This document shows, piece after piece, positions 29,862 to 39,832 of a stretch of DNA of 64,000 nt (its first letter is position 1; each line of letters starts with the position of its first letter). The DNA comes from Myxococcales bacterium (lineage in GTDB: Bacteria; Myxococcota_A; Polyangia; Polyangiales; DASUME01): contig JASGJH010000001.1 of the NCBI GenBank assembly GCA_047601445.1, forward strand, positions 9,344,001 through 9,408,000. The letters are read 5' to 3'. The notes beneath the pieces are model-generated. The model searched no databases, was not told where the DNA came from, and worked only from the letters and a program-made list of their open reading frames with translations. The position numbers and the translations under genes were made by a program.

Positions 29862-32800
29862 TCATCCGCCCACGCGAATCCACGCGCGTCCCACCATGCT
29901 CATGCGCTGGTGACCGACCACCACCGCGAGCTCGTAGTCGCCGGCCGTGGCCGGTGCCGTCATGGTGACCTTCGCGGTGCGCGAGGTGGCATCGACCGCG
30001 CTCACGCTGCAGGTCCCCGAGGCTGCCGAGCACTCCACGAACTCGGGTTGGTCCGCGTCGTGCTCCTGCCAGCTTACGTCGAACTCCACCGTGGCTCCGG
30101 GGCTGATGCTGGCGGCCGCCTTGCTGGTCACCGTGACCGCGCCCGCCATGCTGTCGTAGGCTGCCAGGTACTGCTTGCCCTTCTTGTCCTGGCTCAGCAC
30201 CCAAACGCGTCGGCCATCGAGCGCGATGTCGAGCACGCTGCGATTCAACAAGCTGAGACGACCCAGCAGAACGGGCTGCGCGGGGGCTGCCACATCGAGC
30301 AGCGTCACGTCGGACGCGGGCTCACTGAAGCCGGAGAAATAGGCCACGGTGGCGCCATCCACGGCGAACCCCGTCGCGTTGACCAGCTCGAGCGAGCGTG
30401 AGCCCGTGAGCATGGGCGCCGTCGGCGTCGTCAGAATCCCACACGCCCACGCTGCCAGAGGCACCCACGCCAACCAGGATGCCGTTGCCCGCCTGCAAGT
30501 AGCTCCCGACGAAGGAGCCGACGGCCGTGGGCGCGCTCGCGTCCGAGAAGTCGATCACGCTGCTCTGACCGAAGGCCGTCGGGCTCGACGTGTACACGAG
30601 GTCGCCGTTGGCGGTCAGCTGGCCGTACATGAAAGCGGCATAGGTCGCGCGCAGCGTCGGGGCGCGCGGATTGGAGAGGTCGAACTGGCGCAGACCCATC
30701 GGCGTACCGAGGTAGAGTCGATTGGCGGAGGCAGCCATGGTCTGCCAACGATCGATCGGCAGCTCCACGAGCGGCATCAGCGAGGCGTCGAGCACCCGCA
30801 GTGTAGCGTCCTCCACCACGAAGATGTTTCCGTCGTGGACGGCGAGCTGGCGACGTGCGGCCGGCAGCGAGGCACTCCCGACCAGCTTGGGTGTGGTATC
30901 GCGCACGTCGTACACCTGCAGCGCGTTGAAGTTGGCCACGTACAGGCGTCCGTCGCTCACCAGGACATCGGACGCTCCGTACATCCCGGGTTCGAGCTCC
31001 ACCAGCGGATCGGGTGCCAGGTTGGCGGCGAAACGCGCCGACGCCACGCCACCCGCGCGCAAGGCTGCGTACGCGTGCGCGGGGCCGATCGCGAGAGCGA
31101 GGGGTTCCGCGTCGCGGCCCAGCGGTTGGGCCCAGGCCAAGGGACCGTCGAGGGCGAGCGGATCGACCGCGAGCATCCCCGCCCAATTGTCCTCGGTGGC
31201 CGCGAACATGTAGGGCGCCGTATAGCGCACGGCGCTGACGTCCCCGAGATCCACGGTTCCGAGGTTGGCGGGCGGTGTCGTCGCGAAATTCAGCGTGTAA
31301 AGCGAATGGCTCGAGCTGCAGTACGCGCGCTTGTTCGCGGCATCGAAGGAGTTGTTGGTGCACCACTGGGACATGACGCCGGCGGTCTTCGCGTTTCCAG
31401 GGTCGCTCACGTCCACGCGCTCGATGCCGCTGACGTACCGGTGCAGGTACACCATGCTGTCCTCTCCGGCAGGGACTTCCACGCCGAGCGTATCGCCGCC
31501 GCGGTAGGCCCCGAGCAGGGTGGGGTGTGCTGCATCGCTCACGTCGTAGATATGGAGCCCTTCAACGCTGGCATAGGTGGTCTTGAAGGTCGCGTAGAGG
31601 CGGTCCCCGCGCAGGTCGATGTCCGTCATCTGCAGGGGCACCGAGAGCTCACGGATCAGCTTGGGTGACGTGGGGGTCGACACGTCGATTTCGTAGGCAC
31701 CCAGGATGTCCGACGTCAGATAGAGGCGCGTGCCCGCGAGCGTGAGCTCCGAGGTCTCGCCCGGTAGCTCGAGCTTCTTCACGAGCGAGGGATTTGCCGG
31801 GTTCGAGATGTCGTGCACCTCGAGACCGTCGTACACGCTGGCATAGAGATAGTTGCCCGATACCAGGATGTCGCGCGAACCCGAGTCGATGGTGCTCACC
31901 AGCGTGGGCGTCGCTGGCGTACTCACGTCCACGATGTCGACGTTCAAGAACCGGCGCAAGTAGCAGTAGTTGCCCTGCGCGCGCACGCCTTCGGCGCGCG
32001 GGAACTCGAACGTGGACGTGGAAAAGCTGCCCACGATGCTCGGCGAGTCCGGGTTCGCGATGTTGATCACGTCCATGCCGGGAGTGTCCTGGGACCAACG
32101 CGAGGCACACAGCGTGTTGCCCGTGACAGCAGCGCCGGTGTTGTCGAGCTCGAGACTTCCACGCGCGCTCGCGGAGGCCGGGTTGGACACGTCGATCAAG
32201 CGCAGCACGTCCGTCGTGTTCACGCGGCCCCGTGCGAACGCGATGTTGCCCGCCACGTACTGGAGCGACGCGCCGTCGCCGTCGTCGAAGGAACCCAGGA
32301 ACACCGGTTGCGACGGATTGGTCAAATCGTAGATGCGCAGCCCGTCTTGTGCGCTGAAGTAGAGGCGATTTCCCACCAGCTGCAGCCCCGTGCCATAGGC
32401 TTCATCCAGTGTGGCCAGCACGTGGTAGCCAGGCTGCGACGCATCGATCACTTGCATGCCGCTCGCGCCCAGGCTCATCACGGCGATGGATGCGTTGCCG
32501 GTGAAGTCCACGCCCGAGTTCTTGGAACCCTCGATCTTGGCGATCTCACTCGGCTGGCTCGGATTGCTGGCGTCGAGCACGGACAGGTCGCCCGTGCTGG
32601 AGAGCGCGAACACATGGGGCCAGCTGACCTCCACGTCTCGAGAGGTCGATGGGAAGCTGCCGACCACGTTGGGGTGCAGCGGGTCCTCGAGCCCCGCGAT
32701 CTTCACGCCCTCCTTCTCGTCCGCGATCACCAGGTGCTCGCCCCCGAGCTCCACGTCGACCGGCGAGCCGCCGAGGAGAATCGGCGCGACCGCAAGGGCG

Positions 32801-33225
32801 TCGCCGAGCGTATCCGCGCGCTTGCCGTCGTAGCCTTGCACGCTCACCGTTACCGTGTCCGGCTGCGAAGAGAGCGTGCCGTCGTCGACCACCAGCTCGA
32901 AGGTCATCTGCTGCGTGAGTCCAGGCGCGGTGAAGGTCGGACGAGCGGCCTTGCCATCGAACGCCACCGGGCTCCCCGAGCGTTGCCGCCAGGTGTAGTG
33001 GATCGCATCTCCGTCCGGATCCGACGAGCTCGAACCGTCCAAGGTCACCAGCATGCCCGCCGTGACCGACAGATCGGCGCCTGCGTTCGCCACCGGTGGC
33101 TCGCCGCCCCCCATCCCGCCGTCGCCAAGACCGCCGTCCCCGAGCGAGTGGCCATGATCATGGCCCCCGTCGTCACAGCCGAACGCCAACAAACCGCACA
33201 CCGACCAGGCAAGGATCTTGCGCAT
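29862..33225 (-). pseudogene. Large lipoprotein with PKD/Ig-like domain and LVIVD repeats; frameshifted near 30435
   Basis: Lipobox AFGC; ANAGADL...LDGSSSSDPDGD; many DxSNPxxP repeats. Removing one base at 30435-30436 gives VWDLTTPTAP and joins ORF 29862-30473. May be a sequencing error. Confidence 0.75.
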
Positions 33226-33495
33226 CCAACGCTCCACGCGAGCCGCGTCCATGGCGTGCGCAACCATGCGCCGCCCGTCCCCTCTTACGAGTCACGACGT
33301 TATCAGATTCAGACCAAACTCCAGCGCGCCGTTCTCTCCGCGCACGCGCTTTGTGCGCTGGATCTCCAGTGGCGTTCGCTGTCGTTCGGACCTCGACCGA
33401 GAACGGCGCAGCAAGGAGCCCGCGGTACGCATGGTAGGCTTGAGTCACACGTCCTGCTGCAGGCCGTGCGGCTCGCAGGAGGGGAGGGGCGCCGC

Positions 33496-33930
33496 ATGCT
33501 CAAGCACTTCGACCACATTACGCTCGTCGTCCGCGACGTCGACGCCGCCAAACGGTTCTTCGGTCTGCTTGGCTTCGAGCAGGACAAATCCGTGGTGATC
33601 GCGGGCCCACGCTTCTCCGAATACATGGGCGTGGCAGGCATCCAGGCCGAGCACGTGACTCTCGCGCTTGCGGGCGCCTCGCCGCGCACCGAAGTGCAGC
33701 TCTTGAAATACCACCAACCGGACGCGCGCCCTGATCCCGAGGCGGGCAATCTCACCCGACTCGGCTTCAATCACGTCTGCTTTGCCGTGGACGACTTAGA
33801 CGCCGAGCTCGCGAAGCTCAGGGAGAAGGGCATCGAGCCGCGCAACGAAGTGCTCTATTTCCACGACCGCAAGCTGGTCTTCCTCTTGGGGCCCGAAGGA
33901 GTCACGGTGGAGTTGGCTCAGTGGAGCTGA
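33496..33930 (+). CDS. VOC (glyoxalase-like) family protein
   Basis: DHITLVVRD, GFNHVCFAVDD and GPEGVTVEL. Confidence 0.9.
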   Translation: MLKHFDHITLVVRDVDAAKRFFGLLGFEQDKSVVIAGPRFSEYMGVAGIQAEHVTLALAGASPRTEVQLLKYHQPDARPDPEAGNLTRLGFNHVCFAVDDLDAELAKLREKGIEPRNEVLYFHDRKLVFLLGPEGVTVELAQWS

Positions 33931-34008
33931 ACGCTTGCTGGACTAGGGGCTGTTCCTAATTCTCGGCGCTAATTTGTGCTGAAATCCGGATCGTGATCAA
34001 AGGTTGCT

Positions 34009-34760
34009 GTGCACCGCCACGCTCTGACCGACCAGCAATGGGAGCGCCTCCAGGGACAGCTTCCGAAGCGCCGCCCCGGACCAGCCTCCAAGCTCGGAGA
34101 CTGGTTGTTCATCGACGCCGTGCTCTACCGGGCAAAGACGGGTTGTCCGTGGCGTGATTTGCCCGAACGGTTCGGCCCCTGGAACTCGGTGTACAACCGA
34201 TTCTACAACTGGGCCGAGCGGGGGGCCTGGGAGAAGATTTTCAAGGCGCTGCAGCTGGACGTGGATGAAACGGGCTCGATCATTGATGCCTCTGTCGTTC
34301 GGGCGCACCAAGACGCTTCGGGCGGAAAAGGGGGATCCAATCCAATGCTTTGGGCCGCTCTCGAGGAGGTTTTTCAACGAAGATCCACGCCATTGTCGAT
34401 GCTAAGGCACGCCCACTGCACGTCGCGTTGACTCCTGGACAACAGCACGGCTCGACGATGGCGGAAGAGCTTCTGCCGCACGCTCGGGGGCGGGCGTTCA
34501 TTGCCGACACAGCTTACGACGCAGACCGCATTATCGAGGCAGTCCGCGCGCAGGGGATGAAACTCGTCATCTGCAACAACTCCACTCGCAAGTACAACCG
34601 ACGCCGGCTCGACCGAACCCTGTACCGCGAGCGCTACTTGGTGGAGGTTTTCTTCCACAATCTGAAGAGGTTCCGGGTTATCGCAACCCGGTACGAGAAG
34701 ACTGCGCAGAGCTACCTGGCTCTGCTGCAACTTGCGTGCGTCTGTCTCTGGCTTTCGTGA
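34009..34760 (+). CDS. tnp: IS5-family DDE transposase, two ORFs joined by a probable -1 frameshift
   Basis: OrfA: TGCPWRDLPERFGPW, IDASVVRAHQ. OrfB: GRSRGGFSTKIH, ADTAYD and the Y(2)R(3)E(6)K signature YRERYLVEVFFHNLK. Slippery AAAAGGGGG at 34326-34334. Confidence 0.93.
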
Positions 34761-34790
34761 CTGCGCCCCGCGCGTCAGCGTCAGCGTCTA

Positions 34791-34835
34791 CGTGTTCGTC
34801 GTCGTCCTCGTGAGACGTAGTCGTGCGCGTGCGCG
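34791..34835. repeat. Left arm of a 45-bp inverted repeat
   Basis: CGTGTTCGTCGTCGTCCTCGTGAGACGTAGTCGTGCGCGTGCGCG; 44/45 identical to the reverse complement of 35217-35261. Confidence 0.95.
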
Positions 34836-34876
34836 AAACGGCGCAACCAATCCGTTCATCGGCCGATATCGAAGAC

Positions 34877-35215
34877 ATGCTGGACTATGAGCGGCTCGAC
34901 GTTTACCAATGTGCCCTGCAGTTCGCGGCACTCTCCTTTCAGATTCTCGAGAAAATGCCTCGCGGTCATGGAGAACTTTCTGACCAGCTCAGACGCGCGA
35001 CGATTTCCATCCCTCTCAACATCGCAGAGGGCGCCGGCAAGACCACCGAGAGAGAACGCGCTCGCTACCACGCCATTGCGCGAGGTTCTGCCATGGAATG
35101 CGCTGCAATCGTTGACCTCCTCCGCCTTCAGGCTCTGGTCGACCTAGAAACGGCAACCGTAGCGAAAGCACTCTGTGTGCGCATCGTCTCCATGCTGAGC
35201 CGCATGTGCCGGTGA
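34877..35215 (+). CDS. Four-helix-bundle protein (23S rRNA IVS protein / bAvd-like family)
   Basis: MLDYERLDVYQ...DQLRRATISIPLNIAEGAG...ARGSAMEC family signature; 112 aa. Confidence 0.92.
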   Translation: MLDYERLDVYQCALQFAALSFQILEKMPRGHGELSDQLRRATISIPLNIAEGAGKTTERERARYHAIARGSAMECAAIVDLLRLQALVDLETATVAKALCVRIVSMLSRMCR

Positions 35216-35216
35216 C

Positions 35217-35261
35217 CGCGCACGCGCACGACTACGTCTCACGAGGACGAGGACGAACACG
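35217..35261. repeat. Right arm of a 45-bp inverted repeat
   Basis: One base separates it from the four-helix-bundle stop codon; reverse complement of 34791-34835 with one mismatch. Confidence 0.95.
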
Positions 35262-35339
35262 ATGACGAGTAGGAGTACGCTACACGCTCGTCGCCCCCCT
35301 CTCGCGCGCTGAACTCCCGAAAACAATTCGGAACAGCCC

Positions 35340-36257
35340 CTAGGGCACGGTCAGCACCGGGACCGGGCTGTGACGCACGATGCTGTGGGACACGCTACCC
35401 AACATGGCTCGCTCGACACCGCCTTTGCCGGTGGCTCCCACGCAAATCAGCTCTGCGTGGACGTCTTGAGCCCGCGCCAGCACGGCCTGCTTCGGATCCC
35501 CTTCCAATGCGTGGCAGCGCGTCCTCTCGAGCAGGTCGCTGGGGACCACACGACGCAACTCTGCCTCCAGAAACCTCATGTAGCGCGCGGCCAGTTCGGG
35601 GCTCGGCCACGGATCCGCAAAATTGGGCTGCAACTCCCCCCAGTACACACCCGGATGCACATGGATGAGCTCGATGCGTCCGCCGGTGCTGCGCACGACG
35701 TGCGCGGCGAACTCGAGCGCGAGGCGCGCCGGCTCGGAGAAGTCGTAGGCCACGGCGACCCGTTGATAGGTACGCTTTAGCCGCACTTCGATCTGCTGGT
35801 TCGCGACGCCCTCGGGCTGCCTCACCGTCATCACGGGCACCTCGGCCGTGCGCAGCACGCGCTCCGCCACGCTGCCGACGAACGTGCGGCCCAGCGCATT
35901 GCGACCGTGGGTGCCCATCACGACGAGGCTGATATCGGGTGTGCGCGTTCGCATCGCGATCACGCGCGCGGGGCTGCCTTCGACGAGCCGCGTGGTCGCC
36001 ACCGCACCGTGCCGCTCGGCCAGTCGCCGTTGTTGCTCCAGCAGCTCGCCGGCCCGCCGGAAAAACGAATCCAGCGCCTCCACCGTCATACCCATTCCCA
36101 TACCCATCGCGGGCTCCGGGAGGAGGGGAACCTGGAGCACGTGGATCAACTCGAGAGGCTGCTGAAATAGCTTCGCCAACTCACATGCGTGCAGCAGCGC
36201 GAGCTCCGAGCAGGACGAAAAGTCCTGGGGACACAGGATGCTTGCTTGCTTGGCCAT
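35340..36257 (-). CDS. Universal stress protein, tandem Usp domains
   Basis: Two domains with DFS, MGTHG...GSVAERV and VGATG...GSVS. Confidence 0.93.
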   Translation of the reverse strand: MAKQASILCPQDFSSCSELALLHACELAKLFQQPLELIHVLQVPLLPEPAMGMGMGMTVEALDSFFRRAGELLEQQRRLAERHGAVATTRLVEGSPARVIAMRTRTPDISLVVMGTHGRNALGRTFVGSVAERVLRTAEVPVMTVRQPEGVANQQIEVRLKRTYQRVAVAYDFSEPARLALEFAAHVVRSTGGRIELIHVHPGVYWGELQPNFADPWPSPELAARYMRFLEAELRRVVPSDLLERTRCHALEGDPKQAVLARAQDVHAELICVGATGKGGVERAMLGSVSHSIVRHSPVPVLTVP

Positions 36258-36273
36258 CGCGTTCTCCTCGCGC

Positions 36274-36660
36274 TCAATCCACACCGAACGGCCAGGCTGA
36301 CCACCGCGAGAACAACATCATCCCGATGATCAGCAGATTGATCGGCACCCCCAGGCGCGCCTCTGGCCAAAACGTCAGCGACAACAGCAGCGACAGGGGC
36401 GCCGTGTAGAACGTCAGGGCTTGCCACCAACCCGAGCGCACCGCAGCCCCGCCTGCAGCCACCACGAAGGCTACCGCGCACAAGAGCCAGAGCACTCCGA
36501 AGATCTTGCTCGTTCCCTCGCCAATACTCACGCGTCCCGAGAGGACCGAGCTCTGCTGCACGATCTGCGGTACCCACCGAAACGCGCCCACGAAGCCGAC
36601 CAAGTGAGCGACTCCATGGAGCAATAGAAGCACGGGTATCAGAAAGTACACGGCGTCCAC
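36274..36660 (-). CDS. Hypothetical 4-TM membrane protein
   Basis: LHGVAHLVG and four hydrophobic segments; probably co-transcribed with the USP gene. Confidence 0.7.
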   Translation of the reverse strand: MDAVYFLIPVLLLLHGVAHLVGFVGAFRWVPQIVQQSSVLSGRVSIGEGTSKIFGVLWLLCAVAFVVAAGGAAVRSGWWQALTFYTAPLSLLLSLTFWPEARLGVPINLLIIGMMLFSRWSAWPFGVD

Positions 36661-36702
36661 CTTTCCGCCGAGTCACCCGGATGCGACTCTGCGACCTCAT
36701 GG

Positions 36703-36718
36703 AGCAAGCTCCGGACCA
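36703..36718 (-). promoter_or_regulatory. Putative sigma54 promoter for the membrane protein-USP operon
   Basis: Minus strand TGGTCCGGAGCTTGCT (GG-N10-GC with TTGC), about 40 nt upstream of the start. Confidence 0.55.
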
Positions 36719-36817
36719 GCTTCGGGCTCCTTCTTTGAACCCATTCGAGGCTGGTTACTGGGGGCGGTGGCGCAGGAATTGCGCGAGGAGCGCGTGCTGT
36801 GCAAAGGATGCGCTGAG

Positions 36818-37270
36818 TCAGTGAGTCCCTGCGCTCCGCAGTGCAATGGCGTCGTTCGCCGTGTCGGGACGAGCCGAATCCCACAAGCGCCAGGCGAAGG
36901 GAAGGGGCCCCAGCAACAGCGCCAAATTGGGCGCCCACCAGCCCAGGTCGAAGTCTCCGCGCAACGCCCAGAACGCGATGGCATTCATGCCGGAGGCCGA
37001 CGTCGCCGCCAGGGAGAGCATGGCCAGGAGGACCCAGCGGGCATCGCCACGCCGCGCGGCGGCGACCGCGCTCAGTCCAGTCGCAGAAACGAAGAGGTCC
37101 AGCGGAAGAAAGGACCAATTCCAGGCCACCATCACCGGGTCGTCGTGATGCGCGTAGAGCCATTCTGCAGGCAGTACGTGCGTGAGGGTGATGACCCAGT
37201 ACACGATGAACCCGAGATCGACGCCCAACATGAAGAACCGGAGGGGGCGGCTCAAAGGAACGAAGCGCAT
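36818..37270 (-). CDS. YvaD-like (DUF5360) membrane protein
   Basis: DLGFIVYW, AWNWSFLPLDL and DLGWWAPNL motifs. Confidence 0.8.
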   Translation of the reverse strand: MRFVPLSRPLRFFMLGVDLGFIVYWVITLTHVLPAEWLYAHHDDPVMVAWNWSFLPLDLFVSATGLSAVAAARRGDARWVLLAMLSLAATSASGMNAIAFWALRGDFDLGWWAPNLALLLGPLPFAWRLWDSARPDTANDAIALRSAGTH

Positions 37271-37523
37271 GCGCCCAAGTTAGCACTGGTTCCTGCCGGG
37301 GCGCTTCGAGGGCACCGGGCCGTGAAAGCGCTTAGCCCCTGGCGAGGCTCGAAAGCGTGCCGACTTCATGGTGGTCACATCGTCGTGGCAGCGAGGAGCG
37401 AACGTCGAAGCACGGGAGCTCACAGGCAACGTCGCGGGAGGAAAGCACGTGGCAGTTCTACGTCCCAAGCTGGTTCAGTCGGCGTTCCCGGTACCCCAAA
37501 GCAAGAGAGCTAGGCCTCGAGCG

Positions 37524-37799
37524 TTGCGCCGCTCTCTGATTCTGCTGGCGCAGGTCGTTGTTGCCGCGGGTTGTGGTGCGCAGAGTCCAGGGCCGGGGAA
37601 TGTGCGCACGGTGACGCCCGGCACCCCCGAAACGATGGTCGGAACCTGCTCGCCTTGCTCGGAATCTTGCGTGAACAAGTACCGTAAGCAGTGCACCGAG
37701 GACAAGGTGCACTCCGAAAAGGCGAAGAGCGGCGGCTGCCTGGCCTATTGCGTCGGCCAGCCCCCGGCGAAGGAGCCGGCCGATTGGATGCCACGGTAA
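37524..37799 (+). CDS. Small Cys-rich lipoprotein
   Basis: TTG start, lipobox AAGC, six further Cys (CxxCxxxC...C...CxxxC). Confidence 0.55.
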   Translation: MRRSLILLAQVVVAAGCGAQSPGPGNVRTVTPGTPETMVGTCSPCSESCVNKYRKQCTEDKVHSEKAKSGGCLAYCVGQPPAKEPADWMPR

Positions 37800-37805
37800 C
37801 GAGTG

Positions 37806-39530
37806 CTAGTTGGCCGGCGCACTCGGGTGCGAGAGCTCCAGGTCGGGCTGGTCGTCCATGTTCACGCCACCGAAGAAAATCTGCCAAGCCGGTCTATCTG
37901 CAAGTTGCACGAGGAGATCGGCAAAGCCATCTCCATTGACGTCACCTGTGACCTCGATCCCCCTGAGGTTCTCCATGGCAAGCGGCGATCCAGCGCCAAG
38001 CTCGTGCCCTCCCGGGTAGACGACCACTTGGTCCATCGAGCCAAGGACGACATCCTCCAGGCCGTCGCCATTGAGGTCGCCGTGGGCCGCGCGATGAAAA
38101 TAGCGCTCTGTGCTCACGGCGGGAAGTGACAGGGATACGTGTGGAACCAGACCGTGCTCGCGATGCAGATAGACATCGACTGCGTTCGCACGCTCGATCA
38201 GCAGATCAGGCCACGAATCGCCGTCGATGTCTCCGGCCCCCACCATGGAGACGGGCTCCGGCGATCGAAGCTTCGCGTGGGCGCCGCTGTTCTCATGGCC
38301 GAGGGGCCTGCCCGCACTTGCGACAACAAGGAGCGAGTAGTTGCCGCCATCGCGGACCGCTGCGGCGATGTCTTCGAAGCCATCCCCATCGATGTCGCGA
38401 ACGGTGGCCAGCTCGACACTCTGCTGCACACCCGATACTGGAGCAGGGGCAATGCCACTCAAATAGTCCGGCCATGACTCTTCCTGAGGTGGCATTCCGA
38501 CCCAGACTCTTCCGACGAAATACCCAATCTCGCAGGCAATGAGGTCACTCATGCCATTCGCGTCGAGGTCCGCTGCTCCGCACACGTTGAGGTACGTGTA
38601 TTTGAGTCTCCAATCTCGCTTCCAGAGGAGCTCCACTTCTTTGGCCGTGCCGCCTTGGTAGGCATAGAGCTGGGTCGGGTTGTCGGATGAGACCGCCAGC
38701 CTTCGCAGCGCCCAATCCGAGAAACCGTCGCCATTGGCATCGCCGATCGATGTCGCCAGCGTGAAGTAGCTATCCGAGTACGGGGGTGCGATCGCTTGAT
38801 CGGCCTCCGCGTCGAGCTCCTTCCCTCCATGGAACAGCGCAACGGGGTATCCGAAATCCCCCAGCAGCACATCGGCATATCCATCGCCGTTGTAGTCACG
38901 CAACTGGCGCCCCACGTCGACGTAGCGTGGCTCGGCCCAAGCATCGCAGCCGAGGTCGTTGCAGGCACGCCAGCGCCAATAGTAGCGAGCGCCTACCGGC
39001 GGCGAGTCGCTGATCGGCAGGTCGGCATCGGGCGTGTACTCGGCGCTGTTGACCGTGACCTGCACGGTAGGGGCAGCGAATGCGCAGTCCTTCGGTGCGC
39101 CTGAGCATTGGCGGTCGAGTTCGAGTTCGTAGTGAGTGGCGCCCTCCACCTCGTACCACAGGAAGGTCGGCCTGCGCGCACGCAGACCCAGCGTGTCGCC
39201 CGTCAACTCGCCGTTCCATGGGCGAATGGATTGCTGTTGCACGATGGCGGGCCATGGAGCTGGAGTCGCCGCCTCCGGGCCGGCATCGTCGACGACGGCT
39301 CCCGCGTCGGTCGCGGCATCGTCTGCAGGACGCACGCGGGCCGCGCCGTCCGGTGCCATGGCATCGAGCGCGCCAGATGTTCCTGCGTCGGACCCACCGG
39401 TCTGCTCGCCCTGGCCGGGGCTACAGCCCAACGCAAGTGCGCAGAGACCTGCATACATCGGCGCCATCGAGCCACGCCGTGGCCGCAGGCCGTCGCAAAG
39501 TCGGGAGAGCAATAGGGTAGCGAGGCGCAT
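37806..39530 (-). CDS. FG-GAP/VCBS-repeat lipoprotein with an Fn3-like domain
   Basis: Lipobox ALGC; RYYWRWRAC; seven DxNGDG/DIDGD repeats. Start uncertain. Confidence 0.82.
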   Translation of the reverse strand: MRLATLLLSRLCDGLRPRRGSMAPMYAGLCALALGCSPGQGEQTGGSDAGTSGALDAMAPDGAARVRPADDAATDAGAVVDDAGPEAATPAPWPAIVQQQSIRPWNGELTGDTLGLRARRPTFLWYEVEGATHYELELDRQCSGAPKDCAFAAPTVQVTVNSAEYTPDADLPISDSPPVGARYYWRWRACNDLGCDAWAEPRYVDVGRQLRDYNGDGYADVLLGDFGYPVALFHGGKELDAEADQAIAPPYSDSYFTLATSIGDANGDGFSDWALRRLAVSSDNPTQLYAYQGGTAKEVELLWKRDWRLKYTYLNVCGAADLDANGMSDLIACEIGYFVGRVWVGMPPQEESWPDYLSGIAPAPVSGVQQSVELATVRDIDGDGFEDIAAAVRDGGNYSLLVVASAGRPLGHENSGAHAKLRSPEPVSMVGAGDIDGDSWPDLLIERANAVDVYLHREHGLVPHVSLSLPAVSTERYFHRAAHGDLNGDGLEDVVLGSMDQVVVYPGGHELGAGSPLAMENLRGIEVTGDVNGDGFADLLVQLADRPAWQIFFGGVNMDDQPDLELSHPSAPAN

Positions 39531-39832
39531 CGGGAAGTCTCCGAAAAGCAGTCGCATTTCGCGAGTGCTGGCGGCAACGGCAGGTCCCGGTACCGCTATT
39601 CCGGCCCGGGCCCCGCGGAAGCGCGTTTCACCCCCCTTGGGGGCGCCTTCCTGGGGGCAGACGCCCGAGAGCACGAAGCTGTAGGGAGATGGACCGCCCA
39701 GTGCTCGTCCGCGTGCATCGAGAGGGAGGTGGCGCCGAGGGGCTAACCCATGGGCACCATCGGGCCCGAGAAAACGGGCTAAGTTGTGATTGTTCAAACG
39801 GTCTTGGCTGAGCTCGTGGCATGCTTGGGCGG

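Larger units (their letters stand above)
33946..35340 (+). mobile_element. IS5-family insertion sequence (IS427-like) with a passenger gene
   Basis: IRL GGGGCTGTTCCTAATT (33946-33961) and IRR AATTCGGAACAGCCCC (35325-35340) match 15/16. TA flanks both ends and CTAG spans both junctions. Confidence 0.9.

Noticed and set aside
34326..34334. Transposase split as a pseudogene or sequencing error
   Set aside because: The break falls at AAAAGGGGG with OrfB in the -1 frame, the usual arrangement in two-ORF IS5/IS427 elements.
34751..34770. Internal degenerate IS right end at the transposase stop (TTCGTGACTGCGCCCC)
   Set aside because: Only a loose, gapped resemblance to the IRR and no flanking TA; the end at 35340 is far better supported.
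34877..35215. Four-helix-bundle gene as Avd of a diversity-generating retroelement
   Set aside because: No reverse transcriptase and no TR/VR repeat pair with adenine-specific mismatches were seen in the window.
34760..35340. True 23S rRNA intervening sequence
   Set aside because: The flanks are IS and protein-coding DNA; no rRNA sequence is present.
36768..36783. Plus-strand sigma54-like motif TGGCGCAGGAATTGCG
   Set aside because: It points antisense into the YvaD-like gene with no downstream sense ORF; more likely an activator half-site or chance.
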